A DNA stretch of 64,000 nucleotides from Welwitschia mirabilis. Its lineage: Eukaryota. The notes beneath the pieces were generated by a model. It saw nothing but the letters and a program-made list of their open reading frames with translations. It was not told where the DNA came from and did not search any database. Position numbers and translations under genes: made by a program. The stretch is taken from NCBI GenBank assembly GCA_051453625.1, contig JBOZIK010000001.1, positions 26,442,144 to 26,506,143 of the forward strand. Reading direction: 5' to 3'. Below, piece after piece: positions 63,048 through 64,000 of the stretch; the stretch's first letter is position 1, and the number at the start of each line of letters is the position of its first letter.

Positions 63048-64000
63048 TATTGTGATGCCAATTTGTAGAAATTTTATCATGTATTTTGGAATTCTTTTGC
63101 AAGATTTTTATATAGGTTTTTGATGCAATACTAATTACTATGAAGAACAAATAGGATGATTATTGAAACATGTGATTATTATCTTATTTGAAGGCTTCTC
63201 AGGCTTATTTTGATAGTTCATACTTTAGAAGAAGGATGTACTATGTAGAAGATTTATTTTTGTTTGAAATTAAAGATGAAGAATCTTGTCATTTCCTCTT
63301 TCATCCCCATGATAGGTAGGACATTAGCACTACTAATATGGATGAAGCCTGTAGAGTTGAATGTAGGACCTGAGGCTGATGAAGTATATTTTAATATGAA
63401 GTGATATCCCCATGGTCATCCCCACAATAATCAAGATGATAGCTATTTTTATATGGATGAAAAGATTTATCTTTGTAATGAGGTCATGAACTCATTTGGG
63501 CTATTAGGATTTCTTATTCAACTTCCAGGGTTGCGCTTCTAGAACTTCACTATAAAACTATAAACACCCTCTCTTTTTATCACTTCTATTTCCATCTTTT
63601 GTACTTGATGTTCTTGTGACAGAAGATTAAAGAATAAGATATTCATCTAGTAGCTATAGAAAGAGGTTTCCTTGGTGTTAGGCTAAGTCTCTTCCATTGA
63701 GGTGCTGCTACTTCATTGTAAGTGGGTGGAAAAGTTCTATGATTAATTCAATTTCTCTTTTCACTAAAATTGTGTTTATGTCCCTTGTGTTTTAAGTTGA
63801 TTATAGTTTAGGTTAATGTTAATTCTATCACTTTATATTTGCATTGCTATTTTATTTCAATTCCACATTTGCATTTCATATTCTATTTGGCATATCTCAT
63901 AGTTCAAATTGATTAGGAACAAATGATAAACTCTTCTTAATTAATCTAAATTATAGAGAGTTAGTTCTTCTGATAGGAGAATTAGGATCCAATAAAATTC
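63048..64000 (+). repeat. Family A LTR (5' or solo), runs off window
   Basis: TATTGTGATGCCAATTTGT start, collinear with 1275-2360 and 31443-32420. No PPT upstream. Confidence 0.8.

Noticed and set aside
1..64000. Host protein-coding genes, tRNA/rRNA, DNA transposons, endogenous viral or prokaryotic defence systems
   Set aside because: No supporting motifs found. Nearly all sequence is explained by retroelement remnants, although small exons or content inside the gaps cannot be excluded.

Overview
This is very AT-rich, CpG-depleted eukaryotic DNA, almost certainly from a plant nuclear genome, from a gappy short-read scaffold. I see no host gene, RNA gene or intact ORF, and most long entries in the ORF track are artefacts of N-runs. 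Essentially the whole window is nested, decayed retroelements. (1) An Athila-like Ty3/gypsy family ('family A', LTR about 1.1-1.5 kb, starting TGTTG...) occurs as a gag+protease-only element, as pol-less derivatives carrying an unidentified ORF, and as LTR-sharing tandem units. (2) A Tekay/Del-type chromovirus has a complete but pseudogenised gag-pol (20252-30377). (3) Two or three Sirevirus-like Ty1/copia elements on the minus strand keep gag and a 'VIREFYAN' env-like/plant-transposon ORF but have no pol. (4) An L1-type LINE ORF2 pseudogene is split by one of those copia elements, and its RT reading frame rejoins across the insertion. The most notable candidates for undescribed biology are the pol-less gag+env-like Sirevirus family, the tandem LTR-sharing pol-less Athila-like array, and the frame-conserved unknown ORF in family A. 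All calls come from manual motif reading and by-eye alignment, so boundaries are approximate unless a motif is quoted.
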